Source: an uncultured beta proteobacterium (lineage in GTDB: Bacteria; Pseudomonadota; Gammaproteobacteria; Burkholderiales; Rhodocyclaceae). From it: a DNA stretch of 64,000 nt. The notes beneath the pieces were generated by a model that was given only the letters and a program-made list of their open reading frames with translations, was not told where the DNA came from and searched no databases. A program made the position numbers and the translations under genes. The DNA is taken from positions 12,442 through 76,441 of the forward strand of contig CAWGHV010000032.1 of NCBI GenBank assembly GCA_963822375.1, read 5' to 3'. Below, piece by piece: positions 53,623-62,810 of the stretch (positions within the stretch are counted from its first letter, which is position 1; each line of letters begins with the position of its first letter).

Positions 53623-54807
53623 ATGATGAGTGAAAATGTTGTCATAGTCGGCGCGAAGCGGACTCCGGTCGGAGCTTTCCAAGGTCAATTCTCCGCGGTC
53701 TCTGCGCCACAACTGGGCGCGACCGCGATCAAAGCGGCGGTCGAACAGGCCGGTGTCAAAGGCGAAGAAATCGACGAGGCGCTGATGGGTTGCTGCCTGA
53801 TGGCCGGCCTGCGCCAGGCGCCGGCGCGCCAGGCCGTGCTCGGGGCGGGCCTGCCGAAATCCGTCCCCTGCACGACCTTGACCAAGATGTGCAGCTCGGC
53901 GCAGAAAACCGTGATGATCGCCCACGACGAGATCTTGGCCGGCTCGGTCAATATCGCGGTCGCGGGTGGGATGGAATCGATGACCAATGCGCCGCACATC
54001 CTGACCAATGCGCGCAGCGGCTACCGCCTCGGCCACGGCCAGCTATACGACCACATGTTCTTCGATGGGTTGGAGGATGCCTATGAGCAGGGCAAACTCA
54101 TGGGCGCCTTCGCCGAGTTGTGTGTCGAGAAGTACGGCTTCACCCGCGAGGCGATGGATGCGTTCGCGATCGAATCGGTCAAGCGCGCACAGCGCTCGGT
54201 GACCGAGGGCGTCTTCGCCGCCGAACTTGCACCAGTCACCGTGAGCGGTAGAAAAGGCGATGAGGTGATTAGTCTGGACGAGACGCCGATGAAATGCGAT
54301 GTCTCCAAGATCGCCAAACTCAAGCCTGCCTTCAAGAAGGATGGCGCCGTGACGCCCGCCAACTCATCCTCCATCTCCGATGGCGCAGCAGCCTTCGTGC
54401 TGATGAGCGAATCGGAGGCCAAGCGCCGCGGCATCAAGCCGCTCGCGCGGATCCTTGGCCACAGCACGTACGCGCATGACCCCGCCTGGTTTACAACGGC
54501 GCCGGTAACTGCCTTTGGCAAACTATTGCAGAAGCTCGATTGGCGCGCGGGCGACGTGGACCTGTGGGAAATCAACGAGGCGTTCGCGGCAGTGACGATG
54601 GCTTCGATGCACGACCTCAAACTCACGCATGACCGGGTCAACGTCAATGGCGGCGCTTGCGCCTTGGGCCATCCGATAGGCGCCACCGGCTCGCGCATTC
54701 TGATTACGTTGCTCTACGCGCTCAAGGCACGCGGTCTCAAGCGCGGCATCGCGGGTTTGTGCGCGGGCGGCGGCGAGGCCACGGCGATCGCGTTGGAGGC
54801 CCTTTGA
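53623..54807 (+). CDS. acetyl-CoA C-acetyltransferase (thiolase II type)
   Basis: VVIVGAKRTPVGAFQG is followed by the active-site region TLTKMCSSAQKTV. NVNGGACALGHPIGATGSRIL and GLCAGGGEATAIALE are also present. Confidence 0.9.
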   Translation: MMSENVVIVGAKRTPVGAFQGQFSAVSAPQLGATAIKAAVEQAGVKGEEIDEALMGCCLMAGLRQAPARQAVLGAGLPKSVPCTTLTKMCSSAQKTVMIAHDEILAGSVNIAVAGGMESMTNAPHILTNARSGYRLGHGQLYDHMFFDGLEDAYEQGKLMGAFAELCVEKYGFTREAMDAFAIESVKRAQRSVTEGVFAAELAPVTVSGRKGDEVISLDETPMKCDVSKIAKLKPAFKKDGAVTPANSSSISDGAAAFVLMSESEAKRRGIKPLARILGHSTYAHDPAWFTTAPVTAFGKLLQKLDWRAGDVDLWEINEAFAAVTMASMHDLKLTHDRVNVNGGACALGHPIGATGSRILITLLYALKARGLKRGIAGLCAGGGEATAIALEAL

Positions 54808-54865
54808 TCCGACTGCGGAGGAATGACTCCGCCTCGCTCGCCGAGGCATCGAGGGAGCAGATGTA

Positions 54866-55306
54866 ATGCTGATCGACAAAAAGCATATCGGCGCGAAAGT
54901 GCCGACGCACGCGGTCACCCTGACCGCGTGGCAATTGAAGTGGTTCGCCAAGGCGACCGGGGAAACCAACCCGATTTACTTCGACGAGGCCGCGGCGAAG
55001 AAGGCCGGACTGCCGGGCGTGCTGGCACCGCCGACCTTCTTCTTCTGCGGCGACATGGACAAGGACCGGCCCTTCGACTATCTGGAGGAAATGGGCTGCG
55101 ACCTGGGCAAGATGCTCCATGCCGAGCAGCTATTCACTTACCACAAGCCGGCTTACTCGGGCGACACGCTCGAATTCGACGGCCAGATCACCGACATCTA
55201 CGACAAGAAGAACGGCGCCCTGCAATTCATCGTCAAGGATGTCAAGGTGCGCAGGGGCAACGACGTGTTGTGCGATCTGCGTACCGTGATCGTGATTCGG
55301 GAGTGA
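54866..55306 (+). CDS. MaoC-like hot-dog protein, non-catalytic (HadA-like) subunit of a split hydratase
   Basis: 146 aa. The motif position reads TGETNPIYFDEAAAKKAG, so the catalytic Asp and His of the hydratase-2 motif are replaced by Glu and Tyr. It lies 10 bp upstream of its partner. Confidence 0.7.
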   Translation: MLIDKKHIGAKVPTHAVTLTAWQLKWFAKATGETNPIYFDEAAAKKAGLPGVLAPPTFFFCGDMDKDRPFDYLEEMGCDLGKMLHAEQLFTYHKPAYSGDTLEFDGQITDIYDKKNGALQFIVKDVKVRRGNDVLCDLRTVIVIRE

Positions 55307-55316
55307 CGGAGGAACC

Positions 55317-55736
55317 ATGGCGAAACCGAGTTTTGAAGCATTGAAAGTGGGTGACGAAATTCCCGCCTTCACCAGCGATCCCGTTTCCCGTCTGACCCTC
55401 GCGCTTTATGCCACCGGCTCCGGCGACCATCATCCCCTGCATCTGGATCAGGACTATGTCCGCTCCAAGGGCATGAAGGACGTGTTTGCCCACGGCATGC
55501 TGGGGATGGCCTACCTGGGACGCCTGCTGACGCAATGGGTACCGCAGGAGTCGATCCGAAAATTCAGCGTGCGCTTCACAGCAATCACTTGGATCGGCGA
55601 GGCTTTGGTGTGCACCGGCAAGGTGGTGGAGAAGGTCGAGCAGGGAGGGGAAAGGTGCGTGCGCCTGGAACTGACCTGCGCCAGCGACAAGGGCGAGGTG
55701 AAGCACAAGGGCGAAGCGCTTGTCGCATTGTCGTAA
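55317..55736 (+). CDS. MaoC-like (R)-specific enoyl-CoA hydratase, catalytic (HadB-like) subunit
   Basis: 139 aa with the hydratase-2-type motif YATGSGDHHPLHLDQDYV, where Asp and His are retained. Confidence 0.75.
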   Translation: MAKPSFEALKVGDEIPAFTSDPVSRLTLALYATGSGDHHPLHLDQDYVRSKGMKDVFAHGMLGMAYLGRLLTQWVPQESIRKFSVRFTAITWIGEALVCTGKVVEKVEQGGERCVRLELTCASDKGEVKHKGEALVALS

Positions 55737-55873
55737 CGCGGCAAGCGTTGGAAGTCAAGTCGGTATTCGCGGGACAACCGATCATGCGTACTCGATCGAC
55801 ATAGGCGCGCCGCCGTGCGGCATCGCGGCTGATGAATTGCCGGCGGCGAACTCAAATCTTCGGGAGATAAGCA

Positions 55874-56965
55874 ATGAACAGTACTGAACAAGCAGGCGCG
55901 ACGATCGGTAACTGGGCCGACATGCAAAAGCGCATGTGGGACGAGTGGTACGGCATGTTCACCAGCGCCGGGATCGGGCGTGGCGCCGCAGGCGATGGCG
56001 GGCCGGCGGCGGCAATGAAACAGGGCGTGGATGCTCTCAACCAGGGTACCAACGAAGCCGCGCGCGCACTGATGGAGCGGATGCAGTCCAGCCAGGGCGC
56101 GATGAACCGGGTGATGGAGTTCTTCCTCAAATCGTGGAAAGTCGTCGCGCCGAACCTCGATGCCGGCAAGGACTGGCGCCCCGACCTGCAAAACTTCGCA
56201 ACCAACTGGGCGCAGGAAGCGACCGCGCTGCTCAATCGCAATCTGGGTATGGGCTCGAATTTCGGCGACATGACGCGCTCGATGGTTCAAGACTGGCCGG
56301 GAGCGTTGGGCCCCTGGATGGGCTTCCTGTCGCAGGCCAGTTCGATGGGGCACTTGGGCGAGGCAGCGCTGGGGGGGACCGCCGGGCTCACGCGTTTGTT
56401 GAACATGGGAACCGAAGTGCATCCGTTGCCCGGCTTGGGCGAACTGCCGCGCTTTGGGGTGAGCCGCGAAAAGAACGCCAAGATGATGCGGCTGTTCGAC
56501 GCCTCGGTAGATCTGCGCAAGAGCAGCTTGAAGTTCCATACGGCTTTCGCGCAGGCATTGGCCAAAGCGGTGGAGGCCACGGTCGATCAGTTGGGAGATC
56601 TCGCGCAGAAGGGCGAAAAGATAACCTCTGTCCGCGATCTGATGCGCCTGTGGTTCCGCACGGCGGACGGATCCTTGATGCACACCTTCAACTCGCCCGA
56701 GTTCATTGATATCCAAAACGACTTCACCAAGGCGGGCCTGACACTGAAGATCAAGCAGCGCGAGGTCGTGGAGGACATGCTGCGCGCGCTCGATATGCCG
56801 ACTCGAACGGAGCTGGACGATGCCTATAAGGTAATTCACGAGTTAAAGAAAGAGGTTCGCGCCATCAAGAAGGCACGAGGCGGCGCCGAGCGCGAAGCTG
56901 CGCCCAAGGCGCGTGCTTCGGGCTCCCGTGCCGGCGCGGCGAAAGGACAGTCAAAGGCGGGTTGA
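55874..56965 (+). CDS. phaE: class III PHA synthase subunit PhaE
   Basis: 363 aa. It sits immediately upstream of a class III phaC. The PhaE-like central segment is LPRFGVSREKNAKMMRLFDASVDLRKSSLKFHTAFAQAL. The C-terminal helix is LDMPTRTELDDAYKVIHELKKEVRAIKKA, followed by a basic tail. Confidence 0.78.
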   Translation: MNSTEQAGATIGNWADMQKRMWDEWYGMFTSAGIGRGAAGDGGPAAAMKQGVDALNQGTNEAARALMERMQSSQGAMNRVMEFFLKSWKVVAPNLDAGKDWRPDLQNFATNWAQEATALLNRNLGMGSNFGDMTRSMVQDWPGALGPWMGFLSQASSMGHLGEAALGGTAGLTRLLNMGTEVHPLPGLGELPRFGVSREKNAKMMRLFDASVDLRKSSLKFHTAFAQALAKAVEATVDQLGDLAQKGEKITSVRDLMRLWFRTADGSLMHTFNSPEFIDIQNDFTKAGLTLKIKQREVVEDMLRALDMPTRTELDDAYKVIHELKKEVRAIKKARGGAEREAAPKARASGSRAGAAKGQSKAG

Positions 56966-57030
56966 TGTACGCAATATGCGCAACGCGTTCAAGGTGTGAA
57001 TTCAACTAGACCTCTCGGAGGGCAGTAGCC

Positions 57031-58137
57031 ATGTTTTCGTTTCCTATTCAGATTCTCCCGAGCGATCTCGCCGCTGAGGCCGCGGACATCAACGCCAAGA
57101 TCAGCCGGGGGATGGAGAATCTCAATACCCTGAAGGACGAAGAGATCGACATCGGGAGTACCCCCAAAGACGTCATCTTCAGCCACGACACGGTGAACGT
57201 CTATCGCTATCACCCGACGGTCGAGCAAAGCAAGATCCTGAAGACGCCGCTGTTGATCGTACCGCCGCTGATCAACGGGTACGAGGTCGCGGACTTGCAG
57301 CCCGACCGCTCACTGGTGCGCAACCTGCTCGCCGAAGGGCTGGACGTGCATCTGCACGACTGGGGCTATCCACGCCCGGTCAACAAGTATTTGACTGTCA
57401 ACGACCACATCAACGGCTACTTGGACGACGCCGTCGATTTCATCCGCGATTACCACGGCGTAGACAAGATCGCGCTGCTCGGCATCTGCCAGGGCGGCAC
57501 CATGAGCACCGTCTATTCGACGCTGCACCCGGACAAGATCAGCCAGTTGATTCTCACGGTGTCGCCAATCGACTTCGCGGCCTACAAGGGGAAGTCGAAG
57601 CCTCACGAGGGCTTGATGTTCACGCTCGGCGCCGACGTCGATGTCAACAAGATGGTCGCGGCCTACGGCAATGTTCCGGCGGAGGTGCTCAACGTTTCCT
57701 TCCTGATGGCCTCGCCGTTCGTGCTGAACTTCGGCAAGTACGCCGACGTCGTCAACATCCTCGAAGACCGCAAGGGCTTGCTCAACTTCCTGCGCATGGA
57801 GAAGTGGCTGTTCGGCGGTCCCAACGCCGCGGGTGAGACCTACAAGGAATTCGTGCGCGAATTCCTACAGGGCAACAAACTCATCAAGGGCGAAATCGTG
57901 CTGGGCGGAAAGCGCGTTAACCTGAAAGACCTGAAGATACCGATACTGAGCATCTTTGCCGAGAAGGACCACATCGTCCCGCCGCCTTGTACCACCGCGC
58001 TCGGCAAATACGTCGGGACGAAGGACTACACGGAGATGATGATCAAGACCGGGCACATCGGCATCTATACCGGCGGGGCGTCGCAAAAGCTGTTGGCGCC
58101 GATGGTCGGCAAGTGGCTGCGCGAGCGCACCACCTGA
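57031..58137 (+). CDS. phaC: class III PHA synthase catalytic subunit PhaC
   Basis: 368 aa with lipase box LLGICQGG (Cys codon 57487-57489). Also present are TPLLIVPPLINGYEVADLQPDRSLVRNLLAEGLDV, FAEKDHIVPP and TGHIGIY. Size and motifs fit class III. Confidence 0.88.
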   Translation: MFSFPIQILPSDLAAEAADINAKISRGMENLNTLKDEEIDIGSTPKDVIFSHDTVNVYRYHPTVEQSKILKTPLLIVPPLINGYEVADLQPDRSLVRNLLAEGLDVHLHDWGYPRPVNKYLTVNDHINGYLDDAVDFIRDYHGVDKIALLGICQGGTMSTVYSTLHPDKISQLILTVSPIDFAAYKGKSKPHEGLMFTLGADVDVNKMVAAYGNVPAEVLNVSFLMASPFVLNFGKYADVVNILEDRKGLLNFLRMEKWLFGGPNAAGETYKEFVREFLQGNKLIKGEIVLGGKRVNLKDLKIPILSIFAEKDHIVPPPCTTALGKYVGTKDYTEMMIKTGHIGIYTGGASQKLLAPMVGKWLRERTT

Positions 58138-58191
58138 ACCGAAGGCAGCGTACAAACTTTCGCCGGTCGCGGTTTGCACCGGCCACAAACC

Positions 58192-58238
58192 CAAGGGCGG
58201 TGGGCCGCGATCCGGTCCGCCGCCCTTGCGTTTGTCTT
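58192..58238. terminator. GC-rich hairpin between the convergent phaC and bamD genes (candidate bidirectional terminator)
   Basis: CAAGGGCGGTGG, a 13-nt loop, then CCGCCGCCCTTG, followed by CGTTTGTCTT. Confidence 0.55.
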
Positions 58239-58299
58239 CCTAGTCGATCTTTCGGTGTCGAAAGTCTGCGTGGCGGACCCGCGCCGCCGCGCCGCTACG

Positions 58300-59088
58300 C
58301 TACCAGAGTTTCCACCAAGGGCTGCGCTCGAATCCCTGAGCGAGGTAGGTGCTGCCGGGAAAGTTCTTGCGCATTACGCGCTCGGCATCGTCGCGCAGAT
58401 CCTTCATCCCCAACCTCTCGTAGGCGCGCACCATGATATACAAGGCCTCTTCCAACGCCGGAGCCTCGGGGTAGGTGAGTAGCGCGTACTGTGCGCGATT
58501 CGCTGCCGCGACGTAAGCACCGCGCCGCAGGTAGTAGCGCGCCACGTGGACTTCATGAGAAGCCAGCGCGTTGAGCAGGTAGCGCATGCGCGCGGTGGCA
58601 TCGTCCGCGTACTTGCTCTGCGGAAACTTGGCAACGAGTTCCTTGAAGGCATCGAAGGACTCGCGCGCCGATTTGGGGTCGCGCTCGGTCGGATCCTGCA
58701 TCGACACGCTGCCGAACAAACCCATGTCCTCGTTGAAGGTGACCAGCCCCTTGAGGTAGTACGCGTAGTCCACGTTGGGATGGTTCGGATGCAGCTTGAT
58801 GAAGCGATCGCAGGCGGAGATCGCCGAGGCCAACTCCTGGCTCTTGAAGTAGGCGTAGGCCACCTCGAGCTGCGCCTGCTGGGCATAACGGCCATAGGGG
58901 TAGCGCGACTCCAGGTGCTCGAAATACTTGATGGCGCGCTCGTATGACCCGCTCGTCATCGCCTCGCGGGCCTCGGTGTACAGCCTTTGCGCCGACCAGC
59001 CGGCGGTTTCGTCCTTGATCTCGGTACCCGCGCAGGCGCTAAGAAGCGCCGCGAGCAGGAGGCCGAGGAGAGCGGCTACACTACGCAT
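58300..59088 (-). CDS. bamD: outer membrane protein assembly factor BamD
   Basis: The lipobox is LLSAC. TPR-like segments follow: SAQRLYTEAREAMTSGSYERAIKYFEHLESRYPYGRYAQQAQLEVAYAYFK. The Met at 59088 gives 262 aa. The longer ORF to 60114 is antisense to rluD. Confidence 0.92.
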   Translation of the reverse strand: MRSVAALLGLLLAALLSACAGTEIKDETAGWSAQRLYTEAREAMTSGSYERAIKYFEHLESRYPYGRYAQQAQLEVAYAYFKSQELASAISACDRFIKLHPNHPNVDYAYYLKGLVTFNEDMGLFGSVSMQDPTERDPKSARESFDAFKELVAKFPQSKYADDATARMRYLLNALASHEVHVARYYLRRGAYVAAANRAQYALLTYPEAPALEEALYIMVRAYERLGMKDLRDDAERVMRKNFPGSTYLAQGFERSPWWKLW

Positions 59089-59150
59089 CGATGATCGATG
59101 TTCAAACGCATTGCGCCGATTATAGCTCAGCCGCCACGGCCCCCCGTCCC

Positions 59151-60066
59151 TTGCAGGTAGTGGTCCCCGCGGAGCTTGCCGGGCTGCGCCTGGACCAGGC
59201 GCTGGCGCGTCTGCTGCCCGAACACTCGCGCAGCCGCTTGCAGGAATGGGTACGCGCCGGGCGCGTGCAGGTCGAGGGCGCCAGCGCCGCGGTGCGCAGC
59301 AAGGTTTGGGGCGGCGAGCGGCTCGTCGTCGTGCCCGAGATGGCGGAACAGGCTTGCGCTGATCGGCCGGAGCCGATCGCACTCGTACGCGTTCAACGAA
59401 GACGAGGCCGTGCTCGTGATCGACAAACCTGCCGGTTTGGTGGTCCACCCGGGCAGCGGCAACCGGGACGGCACGCTGCTCAATGCGCTGCTGCACCATG
59501 CACCTCAACTGGCTGCGCTGCCGCGTGCGGGAATCGTTCATCGTCTCGACAAGGACACCAGCGGCCTCATGGTCGTGGCCAAGACGGCGACGGCGCAGAC
59601 CGACTTGACCCGGCAAATCCAGGCGCGCGCTGTCAAGCGGCTCTATCTCGCTCTCGTGACCGGGGATGTGGTCCGCGGCGGCTGCGTCGATGCGCCGATC
59701 GGACGGCATCCGACCCAGCGCACCAAGATGGCGGTGGCGGCTCACGGGCGCAACGCGCGTACCCACTTTCGGGTACTCGAGCGTTTCGGGCGCGCCACGC
59801 TGGTCGAGTGCGCGCTGGAGACCGGGCGTACGCATCAGATTCGCGTGCACATGGCGCATCTCGGCTACGCGCTGATCGGCGACCCGGTGTATGGCGCGCG
59901 GCGGCGGGAGTACGATGAGACGGGCTTTCGCCGCCAGGCGCTGCACGCGTATCGCCTGACCTTGATCCATCCGGCGCACGGCGTGGAGCGAACCTGGGAG
60001 GCGCCGCTGCCGCGCGACTTCGCCGACTTGCTGGATCGCCAGCGCGGCGAGGCCTGCCTGCGATGA
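59151..60066 (+). pseudogene. rluD: 23S rRNA pseudouridine synthase RluD, one frameshift near 59385 as assembled
   Basis: The S4 domain reads [35 protein letters not shown] (ORF 59091..). The catalytic part reads [47 protein letters not shown] (ORF 59176..). The start is uncertain: TTG 59151 was chosen because ATG 59091 would abut the divergent bamD. Confidence 0.88.
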
Positions 60067-60791
60067 GCGCGTGGATCGAGCCGCAGTGGCCGGCGCCTGC
60101 CGTTGTTCGCTCACTCGTCACGACGCGCGCAGGCGGGGTCAGCGTCGGCGCCTACGCGAGCCTCAACCTCGCCATGCACGTGGGCGATGATCCGCAGTGC
60201 GTGGCCGAGAATCGCACGCGCTTGACCCAGGTGCTTCCGGCCGAGCCGGTATGGCTGAACCAGGTTCATGGCACCCATGTCGTCGCCGCCGATCGCATCG
60301 CTCCGGGCGCTACGGCCGATGCCGCGATTACCCGGGATCCCAGTGTCGTGTGCGCGGTGCTCACCGCCGATTGCCTGCCGGTTCTGTTGTGCGATGTGGC
60401 AGGCACGGTGGTCGGTATTGCTCACGCGGGTTGGCGCGGTCTGGCGGGTGGCGTGGTCGAACAGACGGTGCAGGCGATGCGGGTTCCGGGCGAACGCCTG
60501 CTCGCCTACCTCGGGCCGGCGATCGGTCCCGCGTCGTTCGAAGTCAGCGACGACGTGCGCCGTGCATTCACCGCGCGTGCAGCCGAGGCAGCGCGGGCAT
60601 TTCGCGCGGATGCGGCGGGTAAGTGGAAGTGCGATCTGTACGCTTTGGCGCGACAGCGCTTGTCGGCACTGGGCTGCACCGCCGTTTTCGGTGGCGGATT
60701 CGACACGGTGCGAGAACGCGAGCGCTTCTATTCGTATCGCCGCGATGGCTCGACCGGGCGCTGTGCGTCGCTGATCTGGCTGACGCACTGA
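60063..60791 (+). CDS. pgeF: peptidoglycan editing factor PgeF (YfiH/DUF152, laccase-domain protein)
   Basis: [62 protein letters not shown]. Its ATGA overlaps the rluD stop. Confidence 0.88.
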   Translation: MSAWIEPQWPAPAVVRSLVTTRAGGVSVGAYASLNLAMHVGDDPQCVAENRTRLTQVLPAEPVWLNQVHGTHVVAADRIAPGATADAAITRDPSVVCAVLTADCLPVLLCDVAGTVVGIAHAGWRGLAGGVVEQTVQAMRVPGERLLAYLGPAIGPASFEVSDDVRRAFTARAAEAARAFRADAAGKWKCDLYALARQRLSALGCTAVFGGGFDTVRERERFYSYRRDGSTGRCASLIWLTH

Positions 60792-60829
60792 CGCAGACGG
60801 GCCTCGCCATTTCAGTGTCGGCTTGGAAT

Positions 60830-60909
60830 GTAAGAGGAGCGGCCTCCCGGCCGCGAAGACGCTCGTCGCCGAGTGCAGCGCCGATTCGCGGCGAGGACGC
60901 CTCTCCCAC
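60830..60909. repeat. REP-like palindromic intergenic element, copy 2
   Basis: GTAAGAGGAGCGGCCTCCCGGCCGCGAAG..ATTCGCGGCGAGGACGCCTCTCCCAC shares the GAGCGGCCTCCCGGCCGCGAA and CGCCGATTCGCGGCGAGGACGCC cores with 23472-23549. TATAAT follows at 60912-60917. Confidence 0.85.
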
Positions 60910-60943
60910 ACTATAATCCAACGCTTTTTTCCGGGCGAAGCGG

Positions 60944-61723
60944 ATGACGTTGTTGGGCTGGATCATTGCAATGAGTCTGGCCGGCGGGGCGCTCAGCGTC
61001 GCCGCCGCCGCGGCGTTCGCCTTGTCGGCGCTCAGCCGCTGGGTTTCGGTGCTGATCAGCTTCGCCATCGGTGCGCTGCTCGGCGCCTCCTTCCTGGAGG
61101 TGCTGCCCAACGCCATTGCCAGCAGCGGCGACCCGGCCGCGACGACGGCCACGGTGCTGGCGGGGATTTTGGGGTTTTTCGTCCTGGAAAAACTTGTGCT
61201 GTGGCGCCACTGCCACCAGGAAGACTGTGAGGGCCACGAGTCGCCGAAGCCGGCAACCGATCATGGGCGCAGCGGCCTGCTCATTCTGATCGGCGACACC
61301 TTTCATAACTTCGTCGATGGCGTGCTCATCGCAGCGGCGTTCATGCAGAGCGTCCCGTTGGGGATCGTCACCGCGGTGGCGATCATCGCCCACGAGATTC
61401 CACAGGAGGTCGGCGACTTCCTCATCTTGCTGCATTCGGGCTATACGAAAGCGCGCGCTTTCGCGTTCAATCTGTTTTCCAGCTTGGCTACAGTGGTAGG
61501 AGGGCTGCTCGGCTACTATGCGCTGTCGGGCGTGCAGCAGGCGATTCCAGTGCTTTTGGCGCTCGCGGCGGCCAGCATGATCTACGTCGCCGTCGCCGAC
61601 CTGATTCCCGGGCTGCACCGGCGTCCGGAACTCTCCGCCACCGTGCAGCAGGTCGTGCTCATAGGCTGCGGCATCGCCTCGATTGTCGCCGCCCACCACG
61701 TGGTCGAGCATTGGTTCGGTTGA
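60944..61723 (+). CDS. ZIP family metal (zinc/iron) transporter
   Basis: The protein is polytopic, with a His-rich loop (HCHQEDCEGHE). The ZIP signature region is GDTFHNFVDGVLIAAAF..AIIAHEIPQEVGDFLILL. Confidence 0.85.
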   Translation: MTLLGWIIAMSLAGGALSVAAAAAFALSALSRWVSVLISFAIGALLGASFLEVLPNAIASSGDPAATTATVLAGILGFFVLEKLVLWRHCHQEDCEGHESPKPATDHGRSGLLILIGDTFHNFVDGVLIAAAFMQSVPLGIVTAVAIIAHEIPQEVGDFLILLHSGYTKARAFAFNLFSSLATVVGGLLGYYALSGVQQAIPVLLALAAASMIYVAVADLIPGLHRRPELSATVQQVVLIGCGIASIVAAHHVVEHWFG

Positions 61724-61964
61724 TAAGCAGCTTGTGAGAAAATCTATCGCGCATGGCGACGATCATGAATCGGTTTTCTCGTTACGTTTGCGCGCCTTGT
61801 GGCGTACACTTGTACGGGTCGCTCGTGCTGCTACTGTGCCTCGACATGGGCGCTTTCGTGACCGGGGTGGCTTCTGAGGGGCCGGCGTCCGCGGGACCGA
61901 TACTCGGGCGTTGGAAATCGTAGGCATGTTTATCTGATTATCATTCGTCGCGGGGAGCTTAGAG

Positions 61965-62705
61965 ATGGCAAAAAGAATCGCATTGGTAACGGGCGCATTG
62001 GGCGGCATCGGCACGGCAATCTGTCAGGAACTTGGAAAGGCGGGACACACGGTAGTCGCTTGCGATTTACCCGGTTTACCGCACAAGGACGCGTGGTTGG
62101 CCGAGCAGAAGGCGGACGGCTTCGACTTCGTCATCGCGGAGGCCGATGTGTCCGACTACGACTCATGCAAGGCTATGGTGCAGAAGGTGGAAAAGGATGT
62201 CGGCCCCATCGACATCCTGGTGAACAACGCCGGTATCACCCGCGACAAGTTTTTCCCGAAGATGGAAAAGGCCATGTGGGATGCGGTCATCTCGACCAAC
62301 CTCGACAGCCTCTTCAACGTAACCCATAACATCTCGCCCAAGATGGCGGAGCGCGGCTGGGGGCGGGTCATCAATATCTCGTCGCTCAACGGCGTGCGCG
62401 GCCAGGCCGGCCAGATCAACTACTCCGCTGCCAAGGCCGGGTGTCTCGGCTTCACCAAGTCCCTGGCGCAGGAGCTGGTCGAGAAAGGCGTGACGGTCAA
62501 TGCAGTGGCGCCGGGCTACATCGGCACCAAGATGGTCTTGGCCATCCGTGACGATATCCGCGAGACCATCCGCAACGGCATTCCGATGAAGCGCTTTGGC
62601 ACGCCGGCGGAAATCGGCGGGCTGTGCGTCTATCTGGCCTCCGATATGGCGGGTTACATCACCGGCGCGACTATCAACATCAACGGTGGTCTTCACATGT
62701 GTTAA
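61965..62705 (+). CDS. phaB: acetoacetyl-CoA reductase
   Basis: RIALVTGALGGIGTAICQEL, ILVNNAGITRD, NISSLNGVRGQAGQINYSAAKAGCLGFTKSLAQE and the ending TININGGLHMC are typical of PhaB. It lies next to phaR. Confidence 0.88.
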   Translation: MAKRIALVTGALGGIGTAICQELGKAGHTVVACDLPGLPHKDAWLAEQKADGFDFVIAEADVSDYDSCKAMVQKVEKDVGPIDILVNNAGITRDKFFPKMEKAMWDAVISTNLDSLFNVTHNISPKMAERGWGRVINISSLNGVRGQAGQINYSAAKAGCLGFTKSLAQELVEKGVTVNAVAPGYIGTKMVLAIRDDIRETIRNGIPMKRFGTPAEIGGLCVYLASDMAGYITGATININGGLHMC

Positions 62706-62724
62706 CTCGCTGAGCAGGCTGGAG

Positions 62725-62760
62725 AATTGGCCCGGCTCTCAGCCGGGCCAATTTTTTCTT
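62725..62760 (+). terminator. intrinsic terminator after phaB
   Basis: A 13-bp stem (AATTGGCCCGGCT / AGCCGGGCCAATT) with a 3-nt loop is followed by a T-run. Confidence 0.85.
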
Positions 62761-62810
62761 GCGGTGTATAATTGAATAAGGGGTGGTTTCATGTAGGAGG
62801 GAGCAAGGAT

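Noticed and set aside
58300-60114. A 604-aa ORF extending BamD upstream, along with similar extensions for pssA (13339..14814), paiB (25879..26835) and holC (3245..3934).
   Set aside because: The recognisable protein begins at an internal Met or Val with a signal peptide or family N-terminus. The upstream parts overlap neighbouring genes out of frame or antisense.
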